A DNA stretch of 64,000 nucleotides from Candidatus Kapaibacterium sp. (GTDB lineage Bacteria > Bacteroidota > Ignavibacteria > OLB7), in NCBI GenBank assembly GCA_035539855.1, contig DATLHO010000154.1:11833-75832 (forward strand). Direction: 5' to 3'. A program made the translations under genes and the position numbers. Within the stretch, counting starts at the first letter, position 1; each line of letters begins with the position of its first letter. The notes below the pieces were generated by a model, which worked only from the letters and a program-made list of their open reading frames with translations, made no database searches and was not told the DNA's origin. Positions 47,151-57,418 of this stretch are shown here, piece after piece.

Positions 47151-48143
47151 TCACGGCGTGCGCAGGCGCACCACGACGGCTCGATTGAGCAGCAGCCGTT
47201 CGGGAAGCTCGTTCGCGAAGAGCGGCTCCTCCTCGCCGACGCCCCTCGTTGCGATCCGCCGTCGCTCCCGTTGCGGGAGCGCCTCGTTGATGAGGCGCCC
47301 GGTCGTGTCCGCGCGTCTGGTCGAAAGGTAGAGATTGCGTTCCATGAGACCTATGACGTCGGTATGGCCCACGACGTCGATCATCGTTCCGCGGGAGATC
47401 AACGGGAGGATGATCTCCCTGATGACCCGCATGTTGAATGCGCCCGGCTCGAAGCGATCGTATGGATAGCCCCGAAGCGGAACGACGACGGTCGTCGGTC
47501 CGTGCGGTCCGCTCGTGTCCGGGCCGACGTACGGCGCGCCGTCCGTGCGCAGCGTGACAGGTCGCAGCAGTTCCCAGGAGTCGGTGTGGATGGCGACGTT
47601 CCGATACTCGGCGTACTGGTTGTAGTCCCTTCCCGCGCGCACGCCCCAGGGATTGGCTTCCAGCCGGATCGTGATGCGCGACGAATCGATCCCCCAGATT
47701 TCGGCCAGATACCCGACGACCACCGAGGCACGCGCCGTCAGAAGTTGCCTCAGCTCGTAGTAGTTGGAGGACTCGGGCGTCGTCGCGACGACCTCGATCG
47801 TCGTCGCGGGGTGTTGCCGCATGCGATAGCCGATCACGTCGAGCGCCCAGTGGTGCAGCTCGAGTGGCGTTACGCCCTCCATCGCCGTGTCGCTGAAGCT
47901 CAGCGTCTGCTCCGGAAGCGCATACCGATGATATCGCGCCGGAGGCTCCGCCGACAGCGTGTCGAAGAAGATCATCGGCAGGATCGGCTCAAGGATGACG
48001 ACCTCGCGGCGCGCGGGCGGCGCGCTCGAACCCTCGTCGATCGTCACCGGGGTCTGCGCCGAGAGGCCCGCCGCGGCAGACCACATCAGTGCTGCCGCGA
48101 GCATGCGCGCACCGTACGCGAGCACCGCGCGGGCCCTACTCAC
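47151..48143 (-). CDS. OmpA-family protein
   Basis: 330 aa with signal peptide and OmpA-like motifs (VVGHTDVIGLMERNLYLSTRRA...NRAVVVRL). Confidence 0.65.
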   Translation of the reverse strand: MSRARAVLAYGARMLAAALMWSAAAGLSAQTPVTIDEGSSAPPARREVVILEPILPMIFFDTLSAEPPARYHRYALPEQTLSFSDTAMEGVTPLELHHWALDVIGYRMRQHPATTIEVVATTPESSNYYELRQLLTARASVVVGYLAEIWGIDSSRITIRLEANPWGVRAGRDYNQYAEYRNVAIHTDSWELLRPVTLRTDGAPYVGPDTSGPHGPTTVVVPLRGYPYDRFEPGAFNMRVIREIILPLISRGTMIDVVGHTDVIGLMERNLYLSTRRADTTGRLINEALPQRERRRIATRGVGEEEPLFANELPERLLLNRAVVVRLRTP

Positions 48144-48627
48144 GCGTCGCGTCCTCGTCGCTCTGCTGCCACGTCCTTCCCTCCCCCTTCGTCCTCACCG
48201 TGATCACGACGGTGCGACTGAGCAGCCGTCCTTCCGGCAGGTCGTAGCGATACGGCGCCTGCTCTTCGCCGGCCGCGGTCGCGCTCATCGAGGCGTAGCC
48301 GGCGGACTCGCGCGCGATGCCGGTGGCGACCTTGCGGGCGCGGCGCTGGGCGAGCTCGAAGTTGTGGCGCTCCTGGCCCACGACGTCGCTGTAGCCGACG
48401 ATGTCGATCTCGCTACGTCCGCTGATCTCCGGCAGCACGTACTCGTCGAGGATGCGCTGGTTGATCGGTCCCGGCTCGTCGCTGTCGAAGGCGTAGAGGA
48501 TGAGCGAGAACCGATCGATCGTCGTGATCTCGGGCGCATCGGACTGCGCATCGGACTGCGCGGCGGCAACGGCGGGAATGAGCAGGAAGATGACTGCGGT
48601 GATGCTGGCGCGAAGGGAACCGGTCAT
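48136..48627 (-). CDS. OmpA-family protein (small)
   Basis: Start at MTGSLRASITAVIFLLIPAVAAAQ after a GGAGG Shine-Dalgarno sequence. VGYSDVVGQERHNFELAQRRA OmpA motif. Confidence 0.65.
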   Translation of the reverse strand: MTGSLRASITAVIFLLIPAVAAAQSDAQSDAPEITTIDRFSLILYAFDSDEPGPINQRILDEYVLPEISGRSEIDIVGYSDVVGQERHNFELAQRRARKVATGIARESAGYASMSATAAGEEQAPYRYDLPEGRLLSRTVVITVRTKGEGRTWQQSDEDATRE

Positions 48628-48766
48628 GATGGCCTCCGTTCGGTTGGATGTGAGCTGCCTGTACTCCTCCCGACCTCCATCGGCCCGCGATGTCGCATCT
48701 CCCATAACGCAGAACGAGCGAAGCACATCGTGCTTCGCTCGTCCTTATCGGTCGCAGGTTGATCGA

Positions 48767-50268
48767 CTACTGCGGAATCAAGCGGACCGCCTTGCGAATC
48801 GTCGTGCACTCGCCGAACTGGAGAGGGAACGCCATGCGCGTGTATCCGTCGCGCTCGAGGACGACCTCGTAGGTCCTGTGTCCGCTGAGCTCGCCGCGGA
48901 CGTACACGCCCTCGCGATTGGTCATGCCGGTCGCGACGATCGCGCCGCCATACTTGATGACCACGGTGACGCCGGCCAGGCCGATCTCGGCATCGCGGGC
49001 GCCGTCGAAGACGGTGAGGCTGAGCGAGGCGGTGCGGCAGCTATCCGGCGGATTGACGGCCTTCGGCTGCATCGTCACGGTAATCTCCGCGCCCTGACCG
49101 CAGACCACGTTGAACCGCGGGTCGGTCGGATTGTATCCCTCGCGCTCGATGATCACCGAGTACTCGCCGACGCACATGCCGTCGAAGCGTGCGACGCCGT
49201 CGCCGTTCGTGCGGGCGCTCTCGAGGATCGCGCTGTTCCTGCGGAGCTTCACCAGGGCCTCGGCGATGGGCCGACGCGTGACCGCGTCGAGAACACGGAT
49301 CGTCGCGAGGTTATTGCAGCAGCTGTCGGTGACGATGCGCTCGAGGTTCTTCCAGAGCTCGCCAACACTGTTGCAGTTCACGCGGACGTCGTCCTCGACG
49401 CCGCGATACCCTTCGCGGGTGATCGAGATGCCGTAGCCGCCCTCGCAGAGCTCCTCGAAGACGACCGCGCGGCCGTTGATCGTGAGCGTGCGATAGAGCT
49501 GACCGCCCTTCCAGAGCTTGACGACCGCGCCGTTGAGAAGCTCGCCGGTGGCGGCGTCACGTGCGCCGACGACCAGGCGTGCCTGGCAGCAGCTATCGTT
49601 CGGCTGATCGAGCCCGACGAGACCGCGACGCTCGGTTGCCTCGGTGCCACAGCCGACTTCGACGACGGACTCGTGCACCTTGAAGCCCTCACGAGCGATG
49701 CGGATCGCGTACGCGCCGCGGCAGAGCTCGCGGAACGTCGCGCCGTCGAGCGTGCTCTCGACGATGCGCTGATAGCCGTTCGGTCCGGTGAGCTTCACCT
49801 GGGCGCCGGAGATCGGATTGCCCTGGTGATTGGTCGGGATGATGCGCAGAATCGATGTGCAGCAGGAATCCGGATTGGTCGTCGTCGTCGCGCGCATCGC
49901 GATCTCGACCCTCGTCGTGTCGCAGCGCGTGATGAAGATGTCGCCCTTCTCGGCGACGCTGTAGCCGTCCTTGGTCAGGCGGATGTTGTACTCGGCGTTG
50001 CAGACGTCCGTGAACGTCGCCACGCCGGCATCGTTGGTCTGCTTCGTCGAGACCACGTCCATTCCCTTGCGCAGAGCCACGGTGACGCCGCCGAGCGGTC
50101 CGTTGGCGGTGCTCGAGGTGACCGCGACCGAGAGCGTCGCGCAGCAGCTGTCGCCGTCGTTTTCTTCCGGCGGCGTGATCAGGCCATCGTCGTAGCAGGC
50201 GCCGAGCAGCATCGCCGAGACGGCGGCCAGCATCAGCAGCAACTGCCGGGCATAGCGTACAGAGGTCA
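48767..50268 (-). CDS. lipoprotein composed of repeated carboxypeptidase-regulatory-like (CarboxypepD_reg) domains
   Basis: Start at MTSVRYARQLLLMLAAVSAMLLGAC. About five repeats of about 90 aa, each with DSCC...G(A/V)xVxL...C motifs. The upstream 101 codons in the track ORF are probably not translated. Confidence 0.55.
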
Positions 50269-50399
50269 TGGTCGCGGTTCTCCTGGCAATTCTTGAGGAT
50301 GCGAATGATTTGGTACGAGCTCGGCGGCCAAAGCCTGCCGGCTCGTGTGGTCTGACGATGGACGACCGGCCCTCGGGAAACCTGACGGCCGTCCTGCAA

Positions 50400-51254
50400 T
50401 TATTGAAGCCCCATCCACCTCCGCAGCTCCTCGAGGTAGCGATCGACCCCCATCGTCTGGGGCACATCCGTGTGATTCGCGCCCGGGACGACGATGAGCG
50501 ACTTCGGCTCGTTCGCGTTGGCGTAGACCAGCCTCCCGTTGTCGCGGTAGCGGACGAAGTCGTCGTCCTCACCGTGCAGCAGCAGTAGAGGCGCCCGGAC
50601 GCGGCGGATGGTCTCGGCGTTGTCGTACGTGCCCTCGGTGAGCCAGCGCGCCGGGAAATCCAGCGCCATGCCCCCCTGCGCCAGCGCCGTCGACGACGCG
50701 AAGGGAGCCTCCGCGATCAGCGCCCGCGGTTCGATCCGATCGGCGGCCAGATGGATCGAGGCGACGTTGCCGAGCGAAAAGCCGTAGAGGACGATGTCGG
50801 CATCGGCGAAGCCGCGACGCCGGACTTCGGCCAGCGCCGCGTCCGCGTCGGCGTGCAGGCCCGCCTCCGACGACGTTCCCTCGCTGAGACCGAACCCGCG
50901 ATAGTCGAACGTGAAGATGTTCGCGCCCAGTCGGCGGAGGAACTCCACCCGATCCCAGTATTCGTCCATGCTGTGCTTGTTGCCGTGACAGTAGAGGATC
51001 GTCACGTTCGCATGGGGACCGCCGGCGTGCGCGCCATCGGCCTCGATCCAGTAGCCGTACAGGGAGTTCCCCTCGCTGTCGAGGACGACCTGCTCGAGCG
51101 CGGAGTCCGGGATCGACGCCGGAGGATGATAGCGATCGACGGTCTGCGTGTTGAACAGGAACCCGTCCATGTCCGCGCAGCCGCCGGCGACGAGCGCAAT
51201 CAGCGCGGCGATCGCGCAGAACAGACCGGCGAGGCGTCGCTCCGATTTGGGCAT
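50400..51254 (-). CDS. alpha/beta-hydrolase-fold lipoprotein
   Basis: Start at MPKSERRLAGLFCAIAALIALVAGGC. GFSLG nucleophile elbow, HG oxyanion region. Confidence 0.65.
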   Translation of the reverse strand: MPKSERRLAGLFCAIAALIALVAGGCADMDGFLFNTQTVDRYHPPASIPDSALEQVVLDSEGNSLYGYWIEADGAHAGGPHANVTILYCHGNKHSMDEYWDRVEFLRRLGANIFTFDYRGFGLSEGTSSEAGLHADADAALAEVRRRGFADADIVLYGFSLGNVASIHLAADRIEPRALIAEAPFASSTALAQGGMALDFPARWLTEGTYDNAETIRRVRAPLLLLHGEDDDFVRYRDNGRLVYANANEPKSLIVVPGANHTDVPQTMGVDRYLEELRRWMGLQ

Positions 51255-51310
51255 GACTGACTCCACTGTGATCGCACGGGCTCCATCCATGATCGGCCTC
51301 ATTCGATAGC

Positions 51311-51964
51311 TCACCACTCCAGCTCATATCCCACGAACGGCGCGAGGCCTCCCTGTCCGAACGGATTGACGTACTCGACGGTCGCGTTGGTTCTGACGTT
51401 GACGCCGTGCCATTTGAGCTCGGCCATCAGGCGTCCCGACTCGCCGATCGCCCAGCGATAGCCCACGAACGGCGAGAGGATCAACGGCGGAGCCTCCTCG
51501 TCATACATGAACGAGCTGGCGAAGACGAGCATGTCGAAGCCGGTGTAGATGCGGTCGCGGCCGGCGCGCCAGGCCGCCGAGGCGCTGACGACGGGCCAGG
51601 CTCGGAAGCGCGAGTCGACTCCCTCGCGGAAGCTCGCGAACGCCATGATCCGCGGCTGCAGCGCGATGGTCGTGCCCGCGGTGTCGACCAGCGGATACCA
51701 GGTGGCGCCGACGTCGAGGCCGACGTTGCCGTAGAGCAGCGGCAGCAGGTACACCGTGCCACCGATGTCGAGATCGTCGCAGTAGCCGTGGTTGACGCCG
51801 ACGGAGAGGTTGGGGATGGGAAGCCAGGTGTCGAACGCCGCGACCATGGGTCCGCCGAGGCTGACGTTGTACGCGGTGGTGCCGCGACCGAGCGGCTCGA
51901 TCGTCGTGCGGGCTGCGCACGCGGGAACCAGCAGAGCGATCGCCAGGAGGACGGAGCGGTTCAT
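51311..51964 (-). CDS. hypothetical lipoprotein / outer-membrane protein
   Basis: 217 aa from MNRSVLLAIALLVPACA. Beta-strand-rich pattern with C-terminal aromatic residue. The upstream 177 codons in the track ORF are a GC artefact. Confidence 0.5.
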   Translation of the reverse strand: MNRSVLLAIALLVPACAARTTIEPLGRGTTAYNVSLGGPMVAAFDTWLPIPNLSVGVNHGYCDDLDIGGTVYLLPLLYGNVGLDVGATWYPLVDTAGTTIALQPRIMAFASFREGVDSRFRAWPVVSASAAWRAGRDRIYTGFDMLVFASSFMYDEEAPPLILSPFVGYRWAIGESGRLMAELKWHGVNVRTNATVEYVNPFGQGGLAPFVGYELEW

Positions 51965-52068
51965 GCGTACGGAGGTTGAGTGTTGCCCCTGCGCCCATGC
52001 CGATGCAGAGAGCCGTGCAAACGTAACGAGAAGCCGCGGAAGGTGAACGGTCGGGCGCCGACGCGTTC

Positions 52069-53037
52069 CTACAGACGCGAGTGCGACGCGAGCACGGCCG
52101 CGCCGAGCAGCGCGCTGTCGTGGCCGAGCTCGGCGGTCACGATGGAGATCTGATCGAGCGGGACATAGAAGACATGCCGGGCGAGCTCGCGTCGCAGCGG
52201 CGCGAGCAGCAGCTCGCCGGCCTGCGATACTCCGCCGCCGAGCACGACCAGCGGAGGCGCGACGACGTGAAGGATCGAGCCGATGCCGATCGCGAGGTAG
52301 CGGATCGCCCGCTCCCAGATCTCCATCGCCAGCGGATCGCCGTCGGTCACCGCCGCGACGATGTGCTCCGACGTCAGCTCGGCGCGATCGCCTCCGCAGA
52401 GCTCGAGCAGGCGGGCGCCGCGCGCCGGGTCGGCCGCGATGAGCTCGCGCGCCTCGCGCGCGATGTTCGTGCCGCTGGCCATGCGCTCGAGACATCCGGC
52501 GTTGCCGCAGTCGCAGAGCGGACCGTCGGTCTGCACCGTGATGTGCCCGACCTCGGCGGCTGCGCTCGCGACGCCGTGCACGAGGCGGTCGTCGATGATC
52601 AGTCCACCGCCGATGCCGGTGCTGATCGTCATGTAGAGCATCGTGCGCACGCGCCGGCCGGCGCCGAGCCAGTGCTCGGCGAGCGCGCCGAGGTTCGCGT
52701 CGTTGTCGAGCCGCGCCGGCGCGCCGAGCGCGCGCGCGATCTCGTCGCAGAGCATCACGTTCTTCCAGCCGGGCAGGTGGGGGAAGTTCACGACCGTGCC
52801 GCGCTCGTGGTCGAGCGGTCCGCCGATCGCGATGCCGATCTCGTCGTAGCCCGATGCGGGAGCGATCTCGCGCGCGATCTCGAGCACGCGCGCGATCACC
52901 GTCGGAGGATCGCCCGGAGCCGGAACGGGCTCCTTGCGCAGCGTCGTGAAGCGCGCATCGCGCGCGAGCTCTTCGCGGGTCGTCACGCCGACCGCGATCT
53001 TCGTTCCGCCGATATCGATGGCGAGGATGGTGCTCAT
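52069..53037 (-). CDS. ROK-family sugar kinase (glucokinase / N-acetylglucosamine kinase-like)
   Basis: 322 aa from MSTILAIDIGGTKIAV. ROK CxCGxxGC zinc motif (CDCGNAGCLE). ATGA overlap with the upstream M14 peptidase stop. Confidence 0.8.
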   Translation of the reverse strand: MSTILAIDIGGTKIAVGVTTREELARDARFTTLRKEPVPAPGDPPTVIARVLEIAREIAPASGYDEIGIAIGGPLDHERGTVVNFPHLPGWKNVMLCDEIARALGAPARLDNDANLGALAEHWLGAGRRVRTMLYMTISTGIGGGLIIDDRLVHGVASAAAEVGHITVQTDGPLCDCGNAGCLERMASGTNIAREARELIAADPARGARLLELCGGDRAELTSEHIVAAVTDGDPLAMEIWERAIRYLAIGIGSILHVVAPPLVVLGGGVSQAGELLLAPLRRELARHVFYVPLDQISIVTAELGHDSALLGAAVLASHSRL

Positions 53038-54872
53038 CGTCCGAGTGGTATCGTCCTTTCGAGGCTGCCGGTCATCGGCCCGCCCACGCGCAGCGTGAGC
53101 TCGCCGCGACCGGCGACGACCCACGTGAGCTCCTTCGATCCGCCGCTGCCGGCAATTGGTCCCAGCAACTGGACGCGTCGTCCGGTCGCGACGCTCTGTC
53201 CCCGTCCGAGCACGAGCTCGGCCTTCGCATCGACGGGCGCGCGGCTGGTCTGTCCCATCGCGAGGAGCGTCGGCAGGTATCCGGTGTTGACCACCGTGGC
53301 GTGCACGCGCGTCAGTCCGTCGCCGAGCGACTCGGTGCGCACGTCGACGAGCTCGATGCGCGGCAGCAGGCCGCCGAGCGTCAGCAGAAAGCGCGCCCGC
53401 GACGCCGCGAGCGAATCGAGCAGCGCCGCCGGCGGATCGATCGTGACGAACGGCGCGGTGCCGCCGACCTCGACCTCGCGTCCCTTGAATTCCGGATGAT
53501 CGATTCTGCGCCACGGAACATGCGCGCCGGCAACCCCGTTGGCCTCGAGCCACGCGAGCGTGTCGGCCATCGCCGGTCGCGTGGTCGCGGCGGACGCCGC
53601 ATCGGGAGATGCGGCGGCGTCACGTGATGTCGCGGCATCATGGGAAGTCGCGCCCTCAGAGGAAGCACCAGTGTTGGGCGAAGCACCAGCATCACTCGCT
53701 GCGGCTCCATCTGGCGATGGCGCTGCATCAGGCGAAGCCGCACCGTCCGGCGAAGCCGCAGCCCGCTCGCCAGCCTTGCCTCGCCGAGCCCCGGGCTTCG
53801 CCAGAGGCATCCACCACGGATGCGCGCCGAGCGCGACGCGGCCGAAGTGATAGTAGGCCCACTCGACGAACGATCCCTCACCCTTCACGTAGGCGGGCGC
53901 TCCTTCGGCACCGACGATGTCGTCGTAAAGCGCGCCGAGGCGTGCGAGCGTCGGCTGGTCCTCCGCGCGCACGGTGCGGATGATGCGACCCGCGGGCTCG
54001 CCGCGGACTTCCCACGGCTGCGTCAGGTTCGACTGCGACGAGAACGCGAAGACCGCGACGATGTTCGGATGGTCGAAGCAGAAATCCGCGATCGCGCGCG
54101 TCTCGATCTCGGAGACCGCGTGGGCTCCTGCGGTCGGACCGAACGGCTTGTACTCGAACGTGAAGTTGCGATTGACGTCGACGCCGCCGGCCGGGTCCTC
54201 GTTCTGCTCGCCATCGCCGTCGTCGTCGCGTCCCTCGACCAAGAGCTCGTAGGCGCCGCGCTCGCCCCGCGAGGCATCGGCCTCGCGCATGACGCGCTCG
54301 TCGAGCGGATCGGCGATCCACCGACCGCTCGGGCTGCGGACACGCATGCGCGTGATGAGGCCATTGCCGTCGAGATCGTTCGGGCCGTCCTCGTCGGCGG
54401 AGCCGTCGCGATCGACGTCGAAGGGCGTGAGGGTGGTCGCGCGCTCGAGCCGCGGTCGCTGGAAGTAGCTCTCGAGCGCATCGGGACTTGCGCGCGGAAT
54501 GACGTAGAACGTCGTGCGCTCGAGCAGCGCGCGCGTCGAGTCCGACGCGTCGGCCGCGACGAGCGCGACCAGTCGCAGCGCGAGCTCGCTGCCGCCGAGG
54601 CGTGCGCCATCGATGCCGCCGACGACGAGCACCGCGGGCCGCGTGTCGGCGGCCGGTCCTCCGATCGTCGCGCACCAGAGCTCGCGGCCGCCGGCGGTCG
54701 TCGCCAGCGAGCGCACGGCAACGCGCGCCGGATGCTCGCGGGCGATCGCGGCAAGCCTCCGGCCCAGCGCCGCATGGTCGTGATACGACGGCTGCGCGCG
54801 GAGCGATCCGAACGAGGCGATGGCCGAAAGGAAGAGCGCCGTGGGGAGCGCGGGAGTGACGTGTCGAAGCAT
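53034..54872 (-). CDS. M14-family zinc carboxypeptidase-like secreted protein with low-complexity Ala/Ser/Pro/Asp insert
   Basis: Start at MLRHVTPALPTALFLSAIASFGSLRAQ. TFYVIPRASPD and NRNF motifs. Internal roughly 60-aa ASPD(G/A)A-type degenerate repeat. Confidence 0.6.
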   Translation of the reverse strand: MLRHVTPALPTALFLSAIASFGSLRAQPSYHDHAALGRRLAAIAREHPARVAVRSLATTAGGRELWCATIGGPAADTRPAVLVVGGIDGARLGGSELALRLVALVAADASDSTRALLERTTFYVIPRASPDALESYFQRPRLERATTLTPFDVDRDGSADEDGPNDLDGNGLITRMRVRSPSGRWIADPLDERVMREADASRGERGAYELLVEGRDDDGDGEQNEDPAGGVDVNRNFTFEYKPFGPTAGAHAVSEIETRAIADFCFDHPNIVAVFAFSSQSNLTQPWEVRGEPAGRIIRTVRAEDQPTLARLGALYDDIVGAEGAPAYVKGEGSFVEWAYYHFGRVALGAHPWWMPLAKPGARRGKAGERAAASPDGAASPDAAPSPDGAAASDAGASPNTGASSEGATSHDAATSRDAAASPDAASAATTRPAMADTLAWLEANGVAGAHVPWRRIDHPEFKGREVEVGGTAPFVTIDPPAALLDSLAASRARFLLTLGGLLPRIELVDVRTESLGDGLTRVHATVVNTGYLPTLLAMGQTSRAPVDAKAELVLGRGQSVATGRRVQLLGPIAGSGGSKELTWVVAGRGELTLRVGGPMTGSLERTIPLGR

Positions 54873-54966
54873 GATCCCTGAAGAATCACCGAAGATAGGA
54901 CGATTGAGGATTGCGGCTCGGGATCGACACTCTCCAATCCGCAATTTCCTAACTTGGCCTTCCGCC

Positions 54967-55770
54967 GTGTCCCTGGAGTCACTTGACATATCGTTTCGCT
55001 ACGGACCGCGCTTCGGCGTCACCGGCATCTCGGTCGGCGTCGGCGCGGGCGAGTGGCTCGGAATCATCGGCGCCAACGGCTCCGGCAAGACGACGCTGCT
55101 CAGGCTCCTGTGCGGGCTGCTCGCTCCATCATCCGGCAGCATCCTGCTCGACGGCGAGCCACTCGACAGCTATTCCCCCGAGCAGCGCGCTCGCCACCTT
55201 GCCTTCGTTCCCCAGAGCTTTCAACCCGCGTTCGAGTTCACCGTCGAGCAGGCCGTGCTCTTTGGTCGCATCCCGCATGGCCGCAGCTACGGCGCGTTCG
55301 AGAGCGCCGACGACATCGCCGCGGCCGACGAGGCCATCGCGCTGCTCGAGATCGACGCGCTGCGCCGCGAGCCGGTGACGCGCCTGTCCGGCGGCGAGCT
55401 GCAGCGGGTGATGATCGCGCGCGCGATCGCGCAGAGCGATCGCAACATCGTGCTCGACGAGCCGACGTCGCACCTCGACATCGCGCACCAGCAGTCGGTG
55501 CTCGAGCACCTGCGCACGCGCAGCCGCTCGCGCGGAACGAGCCTGGTCGCGACGATCCACGATCTCAACCTCGCCGCCATCTACTGCGATCGCATCGCCG
55601 CACTCGTCGGGGGACGTCTCGTCGCCGTCGGCACGCCGGCCGAGGTGTTGACAGAATCGCGCCTCGAAGAGATCTACGGCGTCGGACTCGACGTCGAGCA
55701 GAACGTCTATGGCAGCGCGCCGGCCGTTCGCTATCGTCACGCACGCACGGAGGCGAGCGATGCCCGCTGA
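54967..55770 (+). CDS. ABC transporter ATP-binding protein (FecE/FepC-like), no cognate permease or binding protein adjacent
   Basis: GTG start (VSLESLDISF). Walker A GANGSGKT, signature LSGGELQR. Confidence 0.7.
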   Translation: MSLESLDISFRYGPRFGVTGISVGVGAGEWLGIIGANGSGKTTLLRLLCGLLAPSSGSILLDGEPLDSYSPEQRARHLAFVPQSFQPAFEFTVEQAVLFGRIPHGRSYGAFESADDIAAADEAIALLEIDALRREPVTRLSGGELQRVMIARAIAQSDRNIVLDEPTSHLDIAHQQSVLEHLRTRSRSRGTSLVATIHDLNLAAIYCDRIAALVGGRLVAVGTPAEVLTESRLEEIYGVGLDVEQNVYGSAPAVRYRHARTEASDAR

Positions 55771-56788
55771 AGCGATCGCAGTTCGCGCGCGACGCGTCGC
55801 AACGTCGCGACCGGCATGGGTCGCGCCGCTGCTGCTGTTCATCGCGGCATCGGCCGAAGTGCTCTCGATGTTGCTGATGACGGTGTTCCGGTATCGCGCG
55901 CAGGGACTCGAGCCGCGGTTCTTCGAGCTCGGCAAGACCGGCAACCTGCTCGGGCTGCTGCTGGCGGTGGGATTCGTCGCCCTGTTCCTGATCCTGTCGA
56001 TGCTGCGCCGCGGCCGCCGGCCCGGGCTCGCTGTCGCCGCGGTCGTGCTCTCGAGCGTCGGACTCGTGATGCTCTCGGCCGCGCCGCTGGTGCCGATCGA
56101 TGATCGCGTCGCGCTGCTGGCCGGCTACCTGTTGTTCAAGACGATCGAGGCCGCATTCTTCCTGGCGGTGATCGGCAGGCGCCGCCGGCCCGCATGGCGC
56201 CTCGCCGCGCGCACGCTCGGACTGACCGTCTCGTTGCTGCTCGTCGGGGGTGCGGTGCTCATCGGTACGCTGCTGCTCTCCCCCGTCGGTCCGAAGATCG
56301 ACGACGTGGCCGACCGCGACTTCGACGCCGGAGTCATTCTCGGGGCGGCGGTCTGGAGCGGCGATCGTCCGAGTCCGGTCTTCCGTGAGAGGATCAAAAC
56401 GGGGTTCGATCTGCTGGAGAACGGCACGATTCCGTTTCTCGTACTGACCGGCGCCAACGCGCCGGGCGAGCTCACCGAGGCCGAGGTCGGGCGCCGCGAG
56501 CTGCTGAAGCTCGGCGCCGATCCGACGCGCATCGTCATCGAGACGCGCACGCGCTCGACGGTGCAGCAGGTGATGTTCATTCGCGACGAGCTGACGAAAC
56601 AGGGGTGGCGATCGTTCGTGATCATCTCCGACCAGTTCCACCTGACGCGCACGCTCGAGATCTGCGACTTCAACGATCTCGACGCGCACGGCGTCTCGTC
56701 GGAGTCGCCGCTCGGACCGCAGAACCTGGCATTGTACCACGTGCGCGAAAGCGTCGCGCTCGTGCTCTACTGGATGTTCGGCGTCTGA
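55760..56788 (+). CDS. DUF218 (YdcF/ElyC/SanA-like) domain protein with N-terminal multi-pass membrane region
   Basis: Start at MPAEAIAV overlapping the ABC ATPase stop. About 5 TM helices then a DUF218 core (GAAVWSGDRPSP...LVLTGAN...ISDQFH). Confidence 0.55.
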   Translation: MPAEAIAVRARRVATSRPAWVAPLLLFIAASAEVLSMLLMTVFRYRAQGLEPRFFELGKTGNLLGLLLAVGFVALFLILSMLRRGRRPGLAVAAVVLSSVGLVMLSAAPLVPIDDRVALLAGYLLFKTIEAAFFLAVIGRRRRPAWRLAARTLGLTVSLLLVGGAVLIGTLLLSPVGPKIDDVADRDFDAGVILGAAVWSGDRPSPVFRERIKTGFDLLENGTIPFLVLTGANAPGELTEAEVGRRELLKLGADPTRIVIETRTRSTVQQVMFIRDELTKQGWRSFVIISDQFHLTRTLEICDFNDLDAHGVSSESPLGPQNLALYHVRESVALVLYWMFGV

Positions 56789-56896
56789 TCCTCGTGATCC
56801 GCACGCGCGCGGGCACGGTTGTGGCGCGGTGAATCCGGCGCGCGAGACGATGTGATCGACGACGACGGCGAAGTAAACGCGATTAACGATACGAGC

Positions 56897-57418
56897 ATGA
56901 ATTCCCAGGCCTCAATGGATGACGAGGAGCTCGAACGACCGGCGATCAACCGCCGTCTCGTGCGCGAGCGCGTGATGCAGGCGCTGTACGCCTACGAGAT
57001 CGGACGCAACGTCGGCGGGGAGTCGATCGACTTCATGGCGACGAACATCGTCTACCCCGAGTTCCGCGACAACGCGGAGCTCATGGAGTTCGCACAGTCG
57101 TTGATGCGGCGCACGTTCAACTGCGCCGAGGAGTGCGATGAGATCATCCGCTCGCTCAGCGAGAACTGGGACTTCCATCGGATCGCTCCGATCGACAAGG
57201 TCCTGCTGCGCATGGGCATGACCGAGCTGCTGCAGTTCCCCGAGATTCCGACGAAGGTCACGATCAACGAGGTCATTGAGATCGCCAAGCGGTACTCGAC
57301 GGACAAGTCGAGCATCTTCATCAACGGTCTGCTCGACGCGGCGCTGTCGAAGCTCAAGAAGGATGGGAAGCTGCAGAAGTCCGGACGGGGATTGATCGGC
57401 GAGTCGAGCGAGGAGTGA
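56897..57418 (+). CDS. nusB: transcription antitermination factor NusB
   Basis: Start at MNSQASMDDEE. RRLVRERVMQALYAYEI and the conserved all-helical NusB core. Confidence 0.75.
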   Translation: MNSQASMDDEELERPAINRRLVRERVMQALYAYEIGRNVGGESIDFMATNIVYPEFRDNAELMEFAQSLMRRTFNCAEECDEIIRSLSENWDFHRIAPIDKVLLRMGMTELLQFPEIPTKVTINEVIEIAKRYSTDKSSIFINGLLDAALSKLKKDGKLQKSGRGLIGESSEE

